Notes: a model not told the origin generated them from the sequence alone. Counted from the first letter of the stretch, positions 19,242 to 29,185 are shown. The stretch is 64,000 nucleotides of DNA from Candidatus Latescibacterota bacterium (GCA_965204375.1 OZ241986.1:4000001-4064000); one strand, 5' to 3'. Numbers and translations are program-made.

Positions 19242-19784
19242 ATGTCAGAAAGTATTTTTGAACACACCACATCCATCGCAGGACTCACCTGCAAACCACT
19301 CGCCATTCTCTCTGAGACCATTTCACAAAAAGAAATGAACAAGGCGCGGGGTGGGGGTGGGAATGGACGAATTAAGATGCCGGGTGATGGCAAGATAGAT
19401 GACGGGATCACAGGTATGGATGAGCAAGACTGTCCCACATATGATTGTTACCCTGAGGGCGGCCACTTTGATACTGAGGGAAAAACCTTTACTCAGGTAG
19501 TTGGTCCTGATGTTGTCGAGGATCCGTTTGGTCCAATTTTAGGAGGCAGTGGCGGCGGTGGCGGCGGTGGTAGCTCAGAGTCAGATAATACCAACGATGA
19601 TGAGGGCCATTTGGGGGATTTTTGGAATTTTGACTTTTCAGATGACGGCACGGAAGATGACGGCACGGAAGATGAATGCACCGTCCCTTATGATTGTGGA
19701 GATGAAGAGAACGATGAAGGTAATAATGATGAAGGTAGCGGTCTGCCCGATGAGGAGAACAGTACGGAAGGTAATAATGGATAG
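19242..19784 (+). CDS. Putative secreted precursor with double-glycine leader and acidic Gly/Cys-containing core
   Basis: AGGAG RBS; residues 27-38 ISQKEMNKARGG fit LSxxELxxIxGG; C39 exporter 4 kb downstream. Confidence 0.75.
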   Translation: MSESIFEHTTSIAGLTCKPLAILSETISQKEMNKARGGGGNGRIKMPGDGKIDDGITGMDEQDCPTYDCYPEGGHFDTEGKTFTQVVGPDVVEDPFGPILGGSGGGGGGGSSESDNTNDDEGHLGDFWNFDFSDDGTEDDGTEDECTVPYDCGDEENDEGNNDEGSGLPDEENSTEGNNG

Positions 19785-19845
19785 TTGAGGGTTCCTCGCT
19801 TTGAGTAAGCTGGCTCGCAAGAATATAAAAACAAAAGGAGGTTCT

Positions 19846-19911
19846 TTCAGGCTTGCTGGAAGAACCTCTAAATTTTATACTGTGTAGTGCAAGAATGTAT
19901 CCAGACATATA
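19846..19911 (+). promoter_or_regulatory. Duplicated 66-bp promoter element, copy 1 (TTGCTG-N17-TATACT)
   Basis: 58/66 identical to 28069-28134; -35 at 19853-19858, -10 at 19876-19881. Confidence 0.7.
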
Positions 19912-19972
19912 ATAAGAATGTATCCGAACATATATACGAAGCAATCACTTCCAGCTTTGCCAGGTATCAGAT

Positions 19973-21334
19973 ATGAAAAAAATTTATGCTCTCATCTCAT
20001 TCCTCGTATGTGTCTTGTCGGCAGGCAGTTGCGCGGACTATCAGCTTATTGGGACGGAAGTATTATCTGAAGAACTCGTCGCGCAGCATTATACCATCAA
20101 TCCCAATCTCGACGTTGTTATCGTTGTAGATCGAACAACGCCGACCTTTGAATACCAGACCTTCTACTGCGCTGGCTGGGCAGATGAAGAGGAAGGTAAA
20201 CAAGGACGGCTACATTTCTTAGAGCATATCATGTCGGGTACCGGCAGTCAGGAATATGGGAGACTCAACCAAATCGTTAGCAAGAATGGAGGACAAAAAA
20301 ATGCTACTACCTATTATCATTTTACGCGCTTCACACTGAGATTTCCAAAGGACAAATTTGATCTCGCTGTTGAAATAGACTCAGACAGATTTTACAATAC
20401 AGTAATCAATGAAGAGGTCGTAGAAAAGGAAAAGAAAATCATCCTGACAGAAAGAAACCGCATGTTGGCAAACTTAACGCGAAGATTTACGTATTATTTT
20501 TTCGATTTGGTTTATAAAAAGAAGAATTTTGATGGCTTTGGTACTGAGGCGTTTATTAAACAACTCAATCCCATTGATTTGAGAGCGTATTATGAGAATC
20601 TTCTACGCCAACAAAAGAGATTGATCGTTGTCATCGGCGATGTAGATAGAGACTATGTCCTGATGAAATTGGACGAAGCGTATAGCTCTGCCAGTGCGAT
20701 GCAATCGCATGCAGACAGGAATGAGCCAGTACCGAGCCAATTGCCTGCATCTCAATTTCCCAACCCTGAAATCCTGGGCAGAAAGTTCAGGATTACTTCA
20801 AAGAACCTCAGTATTTCCAAGTTCAGAAAGAGTTGGGACACACCAAATTTAGGGCATCGAGACTATGTGGGATTGTCCATTATAGCCAACATTTTGAACA
20901 AAACTGCAAATTCCTTAAGATCTTATGCCGTTGACTCTGGACTTGCGAGAGTTTTCCACATAGAACTGAACTACTATAAAGGATTTGGTCTGATGAGTTG
21001 TACAGCAGACCTTCCCCATACTACGTCTCCAGACGCTATCCACGATATTATTCAGGTAGAGTTAGAGAAGCTGAAATCAATTTCTGAAGATGATCTTAAT
21101 GCAGCCCGCAATGAACTATTACACCGCCTGTATTCCACATTTTATGATCACTCAAGCATGGCTTATTCATTTGGGAAGGCATTTGCCCATGCCAACGATC
21201 CCCTCCTGTATCTCAAATTGATAAACGATATCAAATCCATTCAAAAAGAAAACATTCCGCGCATCATTAATCAATACCTGACGGATGATAATTCGATAAC
21301 TGTTTACCTGACGTTAAAAAAAAACAAAGAATAA
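19973..21334 (+). CDS. M16 (pitrilysin/insulinase) zinc peptidase, catalytic subunit, exported; copy 1
   Basis: Signal peptide; inverted zincin HFLEH; GG..NA.T; downstream EK..I.TE; VVIGDVD. Confidence 0.88.
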   Translation: MKKIYALISFLVCVLSAGSCADYQLIGTEVLSEELVAQHYTINPNLDVVIVVDRTTPTFEYQTFYCAGWADEEEGKQGRLHFLEHIMSGTGSQEYGRLNQIVSKNGGQKNATTYYHFTRFTLRFPKDKFDLAVEIDSDRFYNTVINEEVVEKEKKIILTERNRMLANLTRRFTYYFFDLVYKKKNFDGFGTEAFIKQLNPIDLRAYYENLLRQQKRLIVVIGDVDRDYVLMKLDEAYSSASAMQSHADRNEPVPSQLPASQFPNPEILGRKFRITSKNLSISKFRKSWDTPNLGHRDYVGLSIIANILNKTANSLRSYAVDSGLARVFHIELNYYKGFGLMSCTADLPHTTSPDAIHDIIQVELEKLKSISEDDLNAARNELLHRLYSTFYDHSSMAYSFGKAFAHANDPLLYLKLINDIKSIQKENIPRIINQYLTDDNSITVYLTLKKNKE

Positions 21335-21443
21335 TGTGATGTGTAACTTCAAAATACCAAGCATTGAGATATAGGGAATTGTTCTTAATGTTTTTTTGAT
21401 ACAAAAAAATAGATATGAAAGTTCGCCCAAAAGGCAAATAAAT

Positions 21444-22814
21444 ATGTCTCCAAAAGTGATATTTAGCTTTGTCCTGTGTTACATGGTTGGCGTCCTATCC
21501 GCTTCTCCTGTCTGCCTTTTTGCTGCGGAAAACGCCCCACGGACTGGTATAGACAGAGTTGCAATCCCCAATCACCATATTTTTTATCGCAACGACAAAC
21601 GCGCGCCGTTGACTAAAATTGAGATTGTCTTTCTCGGGGCCGGGAGAAATCAGGAACAGCCTTCTAAGATTGGGCTTGCGGAAATGGTTTCCTGGTTAAT
21701 GTGGGAATACGCTAAAAAGCAGGGATATATAGATCAACTATCAGCATTAGGTACCCGTCTGAATGTCATTTCCAGTACACAATACCACAGGATAGTCATT
21801 TCCACCTTATCGAAGAACTGCGGCGAGTCCATAGAAATAGTCCGCGATCTCATACACAGCCTCGAGTTTTCTGAGTCTAATTTAAAATATGTAAAAAAAC
21901 TGATGGTGGCTGATTACCAAAATGGTCTGCGGAGAAGTACCTACCCGCTTATGCGAGATTTTGCACTTGCACAAACAAAAGAACTAAAAAAAACGAACTC
22001 CTTAAAAACACTCGAAAACCTCTCACATGAGGACGTCAGTCAATATTATGATCGGTTTCTGAAAACCGATGTGGTGTTTTTTAAGGTGATCTCAAACCTC
22101 GATTCCACCCGGGTTGCGAAGTTGCTTCGTCCAATTACAGAGACACGGCAAAGGGGTGGTTTTGTGCATTCACTGAAAATCCTAACAACGGATTATAGCT
22201 CTGGTCCTTCGGCTTTTGTCTTTAATTCAAACATAAAAAGTGTGTTCTGCCATTGGTTGATGCCCTGTGGCAGTGTGGGTGAAAAAAATTATATCCCCAC
22301 ACTCATATCCGATACACTTCGAGAAGATACTCATGGCCTGGTTATTCGGCATTTTAGAGAAGAATTGGGATTGGTTTATGGTCCTTCTTCTGAGGTGCGA
22401 TCGTCCGGAGGTATCAGGTATCTTAATATTTACGCCGATCCCCAACTCCAGAACAGCGAAGAATTGATTGTAAAAATGTCCGACTTCATCCGAGGACTTT
22501 CCGATAATCCTCGCTTTTGGGAGTTCCTCAAGGAACGCCGTGAAATTCTAAAGGTGTCAGATGTCTTCAACCAGACACCACAGCGAAGTCTTGACCGTGA
22601 GGTAAATAAAACCATTTACAACAGACCACAGCGAAAAGGCGGTTATGATGCAGTCACTGATGCTGAGGTGCGTGCTTTTCTCGAAAAGTTTTTTGTGCCA
22701 GAAAATATGATCATGATCTTTGTCGGACCTAAGGATCACATCATAGACATTTTGAAGAGACACTTGCCTGAAGTTGATATTCGCGTTCACGATGTCAAAG
22801 AATTGATTGAGTAA
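21444..22814 (+). CDS. M16 peptidase non-catalytic subunit, exported; copy 1
   Basis: Signal peptide; G..QE...KIGLAEM without HxxEH; FREELGLVY motif; paralogous to 30645-32000. Confidence 0.82.
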   Translation: MSPKVIFSFVLCYMVGVLSASPVCLFAAENAPRTGIDRVAIPNHHIFYRNDKRAPLTKIEIVFLGAGRNQEQPSKIGLAEMVSWLMWEYAKKQGYIDQLSALGTRLNVISSTQYHRIVISTLSKNCGESIEIVRDLIHSLEFSESNLKYVKKLMVADYQNGLRRSTYPLMRDFALAQTKELKKTNSLKTLENLSHEDVSQYYDRFLKTDVVFFKVISNLDSTRVAKLLRPITETRQRGGFVHSLKILTTDYSSGPSAFVFNSNIKSVFCHWLMPCGSVGEKNYIPTLISDTLREDTHGLVIRHFREELGLVYGPSSEVRSSGGIRYLNIYADPQLQNSEELIVKMSDFIRGLSDNPRFWEFLKERREILKVSDVFNQTPQRSLDREVNKTIYNRPQRKGGYDAVTDAEVRAFLEKFFVPENMIMIFVGPKDHIIDILKRHLPEVDIRVHDVKELIE

Positions 22815-22832
22815 ACCGTCAGAAGCGGTGTA

Positions 22833-22856
22833 CAACTGGTCGATTTACAGACCAGT
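22833..22856. repeat. Hairpin AACTGGTC-N8-GACCAGTT within the duplicated segment (second copy 32020-32043)
   Basis: Identical hairpin follows both M16 pairs; possible terminator or processing stem. Confidence 0.65.
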
Positions 22857-23053
22857 TCATCAGGATGGGCAGGATGCAAGGATGATCAGGATGAGAACCC
22901 GCAGATCAGAAGTAGGTAGGCGATAGGCGGATGCAGAGGAAGGCAAGCACGGACCTGCTTGCGTGCGGACAACCGCCCTCGCAGGCAAGTGAACAGGATG
23001 AAAACCCGTAGAGCAGAGGACGTAGCAATAACCACTGACATGAGGAACCGACT

Positions 23054-23653
23054 GTGGAAGCGTTTATTATTTTGACCATTCTCATTATCGTATTTCTGGT
23101 GATCGGTGGCCGATGGGCAAAGAATTTCTTTGGTTGCTGCTGCCACGAGTGTGGAACCAAAATGCAGCCTTATGAGAAATTGTCCGATAGTGATAAGTCT
23201 GATATTCTGACATATTTCAGACGTTTTGAAGACCGCGAGCCAGACGTGGAGGGCATTTTTGCGTGTGGGAATTGCCTGCTGGTGTACGATGACTTTTCGG
23301 GCGAAAAGCGAACAATGGATGGCGACGAAAGGTCATTCTGCAAGGTGTGCAATTCCTATGGTGTATCGTATATAGGCCCCATGTCGTCTGACGATTTGGA
23401 GAAATTTCAGGAGCGGAACAAAAACCTGATTGAACCAATTGAGTGTCTCAGATGCAAAAGAAATCCTATAGGGGAGTATGACTGTGTGCCCTGCGACACA
23501 GAGATCAAGATAACGGCTTGTCGGCGTTGCTATTCGATCTATGCACAGATGCCAGTTAATGGTAGTCGATACAGATTTCAGGTCCTGCTTTCGGACAGGG
23601 AAATCATCAAAGATACACCCGACTCAAAATGGGGTGTATTTGAACCCGAGTAA
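23054..23653 (+). CDS. Cys-rich membrane-anchored protein (six CxxC), copy 1
   Basis: N-terminal TM; CHEC, CGNC, CKVC, CLRC, CVPC, CRRC; close paralogue at 32790. Confidence 0.8.
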   Translation: MEAFIILTILIIVFLVIGGRWAKNFFGCCCHECGTKMQPYEKLSDSDKSDILTYFRRFEDREPDVEGIFACGNCLLVYDDFSGEKRTMDGDERSFCKVCNSYGVSYIGPMSSDDLEKFQERNKNLIEPIECLRCKRNPIGEYDCVPCDTEIKITACRRCYSIYAQMPVNGSRYRFQVLLSDREIIKDTPDSKWGVFEPE

Positions 23654-23678
23654 ACGGTTATATGCGGTTTGAAACATT

Positions 23679-23711
23679 CTGGATTGCGGCTAAAACCATG
23701 CCGCAATGACA
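23679..23711. repeat. 33-bp REP-like palindrome, copy 1
   Basis: CTGGATTGCGGCTAAAACCATGCCGCAATGACA is the exact reverse complement of 53341-53373. Confidence 0.85.
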
Positions 23712-23781
23712 CCCATTATTCGTCACTTTTCACATCTATATCCGTGTTAATCCGTGTTAATCTGTAGCTGCATTTGAAAAC

Positions 23782-26700
23782 ATGATAAAACGAACCGACC
23801 TATATGCCTCTCTGAGACCTCATGCAGAGAAAATGCAGGTCAATCTCGGGGAGGTTTTATTTTCTGAAGGCGACAGGGGCGATTGTTTTTACTATGTCGT
23901 ATCCGGGCAACTCAGGGTTTTAACGAGAGACCCCAATAACGAGATGCAAACCCTGGGTTATCTCTTTCCCGGCGACCATTGCGGAGAAGGCGCGTTGCTC
24001 ACAGGTAAACCGCGCAGGGCAACGGTTCGAGCGGTTGAACCCTCAATCGTGCTAAAAATATCTCAAAGAGGCTTTCACGCCCTCGTATCAGAGCATCGGG
24101 AACTGACTCCTTACCTGCTCGACCAAGTGCAGGACATCGCCTATCGGAACTTCACAAAATTTCTGAAACTGGACACTGTAAACCTCCCTGAAGCCATGCA
24201 GCTTTTCTTTCAATGTCTGGAGCGGAAAGTTATTGCAGCAGAGGAAAAAGCATTATGGCGAGATGAAGAAGCAAAAGGACTCTATCTCATTGGGCGCGGA
24301 ACCTTGCAATTGAGAGAGGCGGACCAGCCCGCCAAAAGGTTAAAACCGGGCGACTTTTTTGGCGGCATAGATGATCAGCTCACTATTGAAACAGAAACAG
24401 AAGTCGTGCTCTACACCCTTTCGCACATCGCCCTCGCCAGAGTGCTTGAAAGTGCCCCCCAACTCATCCGGGTTTTCGAGAAGACCGATCAGAATGAACA
24501 AGAAGAACCGCTCAAGATATTGCCACAAAATGGTCGGATTAAAACGATAGAGATCGAGCCTGAAAATAGCATCTCGGATCACAGCCCTCGAAAACTGCGA
24601 AACTACATCACATTTCCCTACATCAAACAACACGATGAGACCGATTGCGGCGCGGCTTGTCTCGGCATGATCTGTCAGTATTATGGGCAATCCATTGGCT
24701 TAAACCGTCTGCGAGACATGGCCAATGTCTCGCGGGAAGGCACATCCCTATCTGCGCTTGCCGAAGCCGCTGAAAACCTGGGCTTTTTAACGCGAGGTGT
24801 GCGGATTGGATACAGTGAAATCGGAGACAGAGACCTGCCACTTATCGCGCACTGGGAAGGCTATCACTTTGTCGTTCTGTATCGGATCAGTTCAAAATAC
24901 GCATGGATAACAGACCCTGCACTTGGGCGCAGAAAAATTTCTCGCAAAGAATTTGAAGACAAATGGTCCAAACTCGCCTTAATACTCGAATACACCGACA
25001 AGGTCTCGAGATACAGGGGAAGAAAATCATCGTTCAGGCGGTTTTTCCCACTCGCCCGCCCATATCTCGGCATCCTCGTCGAAATCATGATGGCCTCCCT
25101 TTTGCTGAACCTCTTTGGCCTTGCCTCACCTCTTTTTACCCAGATGATCCTCGACCAGGTCCTCGTTCATCAAGATACCAGTCTGCTCAATCTCATGCTT
25201 TTAGGCATGATCATTATCGCCTTATTTCGGATCGCCACATCTTCGCTGCGCAACTACCTGATAGGGTATGTGGGGGCGCGCATCAGTATCTCGATGTTAT
25301 CGCACATCTACCACCATCTTCTCCGTCTGCCCATGCGATTTTTCGCCCTCCGCAGAACCGGTGAAATCATGACGCGCTTTCGAGAAAGCCAGTACTTGAG
25401 AAGCTTATTGACAGAAACGGCTATTTCAGCCGTCCTTGATGCGGTCATGATTTTTGTCTATTTGGGTCTGATGTTCTATTACCACACCACTTTGACACTT
25501 TGGGTTTTGGCATTCATACCGCTTAGCATTATCCTGACATTGATCTACACCCCCATCCTCAAGTCCATCAACCAACGATCTTTTCTCGCCCGTTCGGAAT
25601 GGTCATCCGTACTCATCGATTCCCTGCGTGGCATTGAAGTCATAAAAACCCTCGCAGTCGAAAAATCCACGCGATGGTTATGGGAAGAACGCTTGACCCA
25701 GGAAATCAAAATTGGTTTTACCGCGATCAAAACAAATATGCTATTTGGGTCTTTTGGACAGTTGAACAAGGTTTTGGGTAGCACCATCGTGCTCTGGTAT
25801 GGCGCGAACCTGGTCATTCAAGGCGACTTATCAGTCGGTCAGCTAATCGCTTTCAATATGCTCAGTGGCAGTGTATTGGGACCGATCATGGGATTGATTA
25901 ACCTGTGGCCACAGATTCAACTGGCGAAAATAGGACTGGACCGATTAAACGACATCTACGATATGCGAACCGAGTCATCGCGCAACCGCAACTATTCGGT
26001 TCAACTCACAGACGTAGAGGGACACATCGCATTTGACAACGTGTTCTTCCGGTATGGATCGGGATCGACAGAGCCTTATGTCTTAAGCGATATAAATTTG
26101 GACATAAGACCCGGACAGAAAGTAGCCATAGTAGGTCGTAGCGGTGCGGGCAAGACAACACTGGTAAAACTCATACCCCGACTATTTGATCCCACAGAGG
26201 GATCAGTCACCCTCGATGGTACAGACCTGCGCGAATTGGAACAAGCAGAGATCGCATTTAAAAAAGCTGAATTTGATCTGCAACAAACCCTGCCGCAAAA
26301 AAGAATTCTGGCAAAAGAGACCATCTCCGCGCTTGAACATCGCGTTCGTGTCATGCAAGCCGCGATGCAGACCTACCGGGAAGCACTTGGGAATCATACA
26401 GAAACGTCTCAACCTCCCGATATCGAGATCGAAATACAATTCCGATCCGCAGAAGTAGAACATTTGAAACAGCGATATGAGCAAAACCAAAAATTGTACG
26501 AAAAGAAACTCATCAGCCTTGCGGCACTAAATGAAGCCAAAGTTCGCTATCTGAGCGCGTTGGCAGAACTGCCCGCGCGGATGGCAGAGATCAATCGCTA
26601 TGAGGTATCCCTAAAAGACTTAAAACGCCAAATCCTCGAAGAACGACTCGAACTTGAACGCACGCGAGCCAATTTCCAAAATGCTTATGACATTGCAGCA

Positions 26701-27222
26701 GCCAGACTCAAACAGGCGAGACAAGCGGTTAATCGATCCGTTGACGCAGACATCGATTTAATTCTCGCACCCGAATCGGGAATCGTCACACAAGTACTGG
26801 TCAATACACCCGGTCAAGTAGTCAATAAAGGCGAGACACTGGTAACCATTGCGCCAGCCTCGACACCGATTGTAGCCGAAGCTCTGATCTTGAACAAAGA
26901 CGTGGGTCTGCTGTCATCTGGACAAAAGGTAAAACTCAAATTTGAAGCATTTCCATTTCAGGACTACGGCATCCAACACGGCTATTTGAGACAGATTTCA
27001 CCTGATGCAATGGGCGATGAGGGTTCGGGAACCGTGTTTAGAGGTATTATTGATCTTGAGAACACGACCATTCTTGTACACGGCGAGGAAAAAGCGTTCA
27101 TGTTCGGCATGAAGGGCACAGCAGAAATCATAACAGATCGCCAGTCCATTTTGATGCTCGCGCTCAATCCATTGCGACAATTGCGCGAAATAGCCGCACT
27201 TTCGCCAGAGGCTGAAAAATAA
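23782..27222 (+). CDS. cNMP-binding / C39 peptidase / ABC transporter fused in frame to HlyD-type adaptor C-terminus
   Basis: cNMP domain (GDHCGEGALL..PRRATVRA), QHDETDCGAACL..HFVV..DP, TM domain, Walker A GRSGAGKTT, then coiled coil and HlyD motifs ILAPESGIV, LKFEAFPFQDYG, ISPDA. Confidence 0.85.
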   Translation: MIKRTDLYASLRPHAEKMQVNLGEVLFSEGDRGDCFYYVVSGQLRVLTRDPNNEMQTLGYLFPGDHCGEGALLTGKPRRATVRAVEPSIVLKISQRGFHALVSEHRELTPYLLDQVQDIAYRNFTKFLKLDTVNLPEAMQLFFQCLERKVIAAEEKALWRDEEAKGLYLIGRGTLQLREADQPAKRLKPGDFFGGIDDQLTIETETEVVLYTLSHIALARVLESAPQLIRVFEKTDQNEQEEPLKILPQNGRIKTIEIEPENSISDHSPRKLRNYITFPYIKQHDETDCGAACLGMICQYYGQSIGLNRLRDMANVSREGTSLSALAEAAENLGFLTRGVRIGYSEIGDRDLPLIAHWEGYHFVVLYRISSKYAWITDPALGRRKISRKEFEDKWSKLALILEYTDKVSRYRGRKSSFRRFFPLARPYLGILVEIMMASLLLNLFGLASPLFTQMILDQVLVHQDTSLLNLMLLGMIIIALFRIATSSLRNYLIGYVGARISISMLSHIYHHLLRLPMRFFALRRTGEIMTRFRESQYLRSLLTETAISAVLDAVMIFVYLGLMFYYHTTLTLWVLAFIPLSIILTLIYTPILKSINQRSFLARSEWSSVLIDSLRGIEVIKTLAVEKSTRWLWEERLTQEIKIGFTAIKTNMLFGSFGQLNKVLGSTIVLWYGANLVIQGDLSVGQLIAFNMLSGSVLGPIMGLINLWPQIQLAKIGLDRLNDIYDMRTESSRNRNYSVQLTDVEGHIAFDNVFFRYGSGSTEPYVLSDINLDIRPGQKVAIVGRSGAGKTTLVKLIPRLFDPTEGSVTLDGTDLRELEQAEIAFKKAEFDLQQTLPQKRILAKETISALEHRVRVMQAAMQTYREALGNHTETSQPPDIEIEIQFRSAEVEHLKQRYEQNQKLYEKKLISLAALNEAKVRYLSALAELPARMAEINRYEVSLKDLKRQILEERLELERTRANFQNAYDIAAARLKQARQAVNRSVDADIDLILAPESGIVTQVLVNTPGQVVNKGETLVTIAPASTPIVAEALILNKDVGLLSSGQKVKLKFEAFPFQDYGIQHGYLRQISPDAMGDEGSGTVFRGIIDLENTTILVHGEEKAFMFGMKGTAEIITDRQSILMLALNPLRQLREIAALSPEAEK

Positions 27223-27223
27223 A

Positions 27224-28045
27224 ATGGCTGATTCAATTGATCCCGTCATCATTCAAATAAACGAGACACAAATCCGTTTATCTCATATCGTGAAATCAAT
27301 GCGGGCGGCTAACAAGGACAGCTTGCACGACCTCTTTACGCAACGCGGTCTGATCTTCCAAATTGCCCAACGAGAAAAAATTAAAATTTCTCGTGAGGAA
27401 CTGCAAAAGAGTATAGACCAATGGCGGTATAAAAACAGATTGGAAAGTGTTGAGGATACAGAAAACTATTTATCACAACGCAATATCTCCTTCACTGACA
27501 TGGCACGGGAAATTGAATACCAGATGCTCCAGGAGCGATTGAAAACGCAAATCACCACTGAGCAAATTCAAGCGCATTTTGCAAGCCAGAAATTGGCGTC
27601 TGAACGGCGGGAAATATGCTGGATTCTGGTCCAGGAACGAGACATTGCCGAAGAGATCGCCATGCAGATCAGAGACGGAGGACGAGATTTTCATACCCTC
27701 GCGCGTCAATATTCCCTCGATGAGCGCACGCGCCCTGCCAGCGGGTATCTCGGTCGCCAGAGCCGACGAGACTTGCTCCATGATGTTGCGCCCTTATTAT
27801 TTGCCGCCGAAGTAGGGTCGGTCATTGGCCCCATAAAAGTAGAAACAGGCTATGCGCTGTATTATATTCAACAACACTGCCCCGCTGTACTCGATGAAGC
27901 CACAAAAGCGCGTTGTGTGCAGGAACTCTATCAACTTCGTTTAAAACGCGAAGCAAAGCGCAGTCACATATCGTATCCATTCCTATATTCGATATACACA
28001 GAGGACGCCTTTCCCAAAGAGAATGTGCATATCTCAGAGAAGTGA
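27224..28045 (+). CDS. PpiC/parvulin-type peptidyl-prolyl isomerase (foldase)
   Basis: DFHTLARQYSLD...SGYLG...LFAAEVGSVIGPIKVETGY. Confidence 0.82.
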   Translation: MADSIDPVIIQINETQIRLSHIVKSMRAANKDSLHDLFTQRGLIFQIAQREKIKISREELQKSIDQWRYKNRLESVEDTENYLSQRNISFTDMAREIEYQMLQERLKTQITTEQIQAHFASQKLASERREICWILVQERDIAEEIAMQIRDGGRDFHTLARQYSLDERTRPASGYLGRQSRRDLLHDVAPLLFAAEVGSVIGPIKVETGYALYYIQQHCPAVLDEATKARCVQELYQLRLKREAKRSHISYPFLYSIYTEDAFPKENVHISEK

Positions 28046-28068
28046 TAATGTTCCATATCCTGATGTAA

Positions 28069-28134
28069 TTCAGGCTTGCTGGAAGAATTTTCAGATTTTA
28101 TACTGATCAGTGCAAGAATGTATCCAGACATATA
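28069..28134 (+). promoter_or_regulatory. Duplicated 66-bp promoter element, copy 2 (TTGCTG-N17-TATACT)
   Basis: -35 at 28076-28081, -10 at 28099-28104; see copy 1. Confidence 0.7.
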
Positions 28135-28144
28135 GAGGTTCGTT

Positions 28145-29131
28145 ATGAAAAAAATACGGTTGTTCAATCTCACCCTCTTGTTGATCTCGGGCCTGTTTAC
28201 AGGTTGTGGCAGTACAGGACTCTATGTTACTGTAACCCAGCCTGCTGAAATTAATCTAAAAGACTTTGACAAAATTGCGGTTGGAGAAATTAAAGGTTCG
28301 GGAAGCGGCGTCTTATCGGCACTCAGCGACCTTGTCCAGGTTGTAGGAGGTGGAGAAACCAAAGACTCAGGAAGCCATAAATTCTCCGCCGAGTTGACAC
28401 AGGTCCTCTTTGAATCTGGACGATTTGAAGTCCTGGATCACGAAAGCCTGAAGATGGGTTTTAGCCAGGACAATCTTACCGGAAATATCGCCCTCATCTC
28501 TGGCACTATTTCAGAATACAACTACAGCGAGGATTTAACCCACAAAGATGTAGAGAAAAAAGATAAAAAGACGGGTGAAGTCGATACCACGCGAACATAC
28601 TATCGTGAAGGAATTACAAAAGTAAGTGTCAGCCTGCGTATTGCGGATTTGCGCACATCAAAAATTTTAGCAACCAGGAAGTTTGACAAATCTGAGAGCG
28701 CAAAAGAATCGAGGAAGAACTCAAAGCCGCCCCATATTGATCGCTCGCGTCTTTTTGAGACGTGCCGAACGCAAATTATTCGCTCTTTTATGCGGATGAT
28801 TGTGCCTTATACCGAGCGTGTATATGTCTCATTTGAAACCGACAAAGAAATGCCAGAATTGGAACGTGGCTTTAAAATGGTCAAGCTGGGCAATTGGGAT
28901 GCTGCGCTTGACATCTTTCAAAGGGTAACCGAGACTTATCCCAATTCCCCTTTAGTCCATAAGGCATATTACAATCTTGGTCTGGGCTATATGTACACGG
29001 ATCAGTTCGACCAGGCGCGAACTGCATTAGAAGAAGCCTATGCCAGGAAGTCCGAAGCAAAATATCTAAATGCTATCAAAAAACTGAATATACGCATTGA
29101 AGATAAGCGTCGGCTGGAAGAGCAGATGTGA
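28145..29131 (+). CDS. Lipoprotein with CsgG-like N-terminal region and C-terminal TPR repeats
   Basis: Lipobox LFTGC; L.ESGRFEVLD; TPR AYYNLGLGY...FDQARTALEEA. Confidence 0.75.
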   Translation: MKKIRLFNLTLLLISGLFTGCGSTGLYVTVTQPAEINLKDFDKIAVGEIKGSGSGVLSALSDLVQVVGGGETKDSGSHKFSAELTQVLFESGRFEVLDHESLKMGFSQDNLTGNIALISGTISEYNYSEDLTHKDVEKKDKKTGEVDTTRTYYREGITKVSVSLRIADLRTSKILATRKFDKSESAKESRKNSKPPHIDRSRLFETCRTQIIRSFMRMIVPYTERVYVSFETDKEMPELERGFKMVKLGNWDAALDIFQRVTETYPNSPLVHKAYYNLGLGYMYTDQFDQARTALEEAYARKSEAKYLNAIKKLNIRIEDKRRLEEQM

Positions 29132-29185
29132 TTTGGCTCAGAGGATGTACGAAACGGCTATTTCCAACTTTGCCGAGTATCAAAC

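Noticed and set aside
19925-19938. CGAACATATATACG as an SOS box before M16 copy 1
   Set aside because: Two mismatches, absent from unit 2, and explained by the local tandem duplication.
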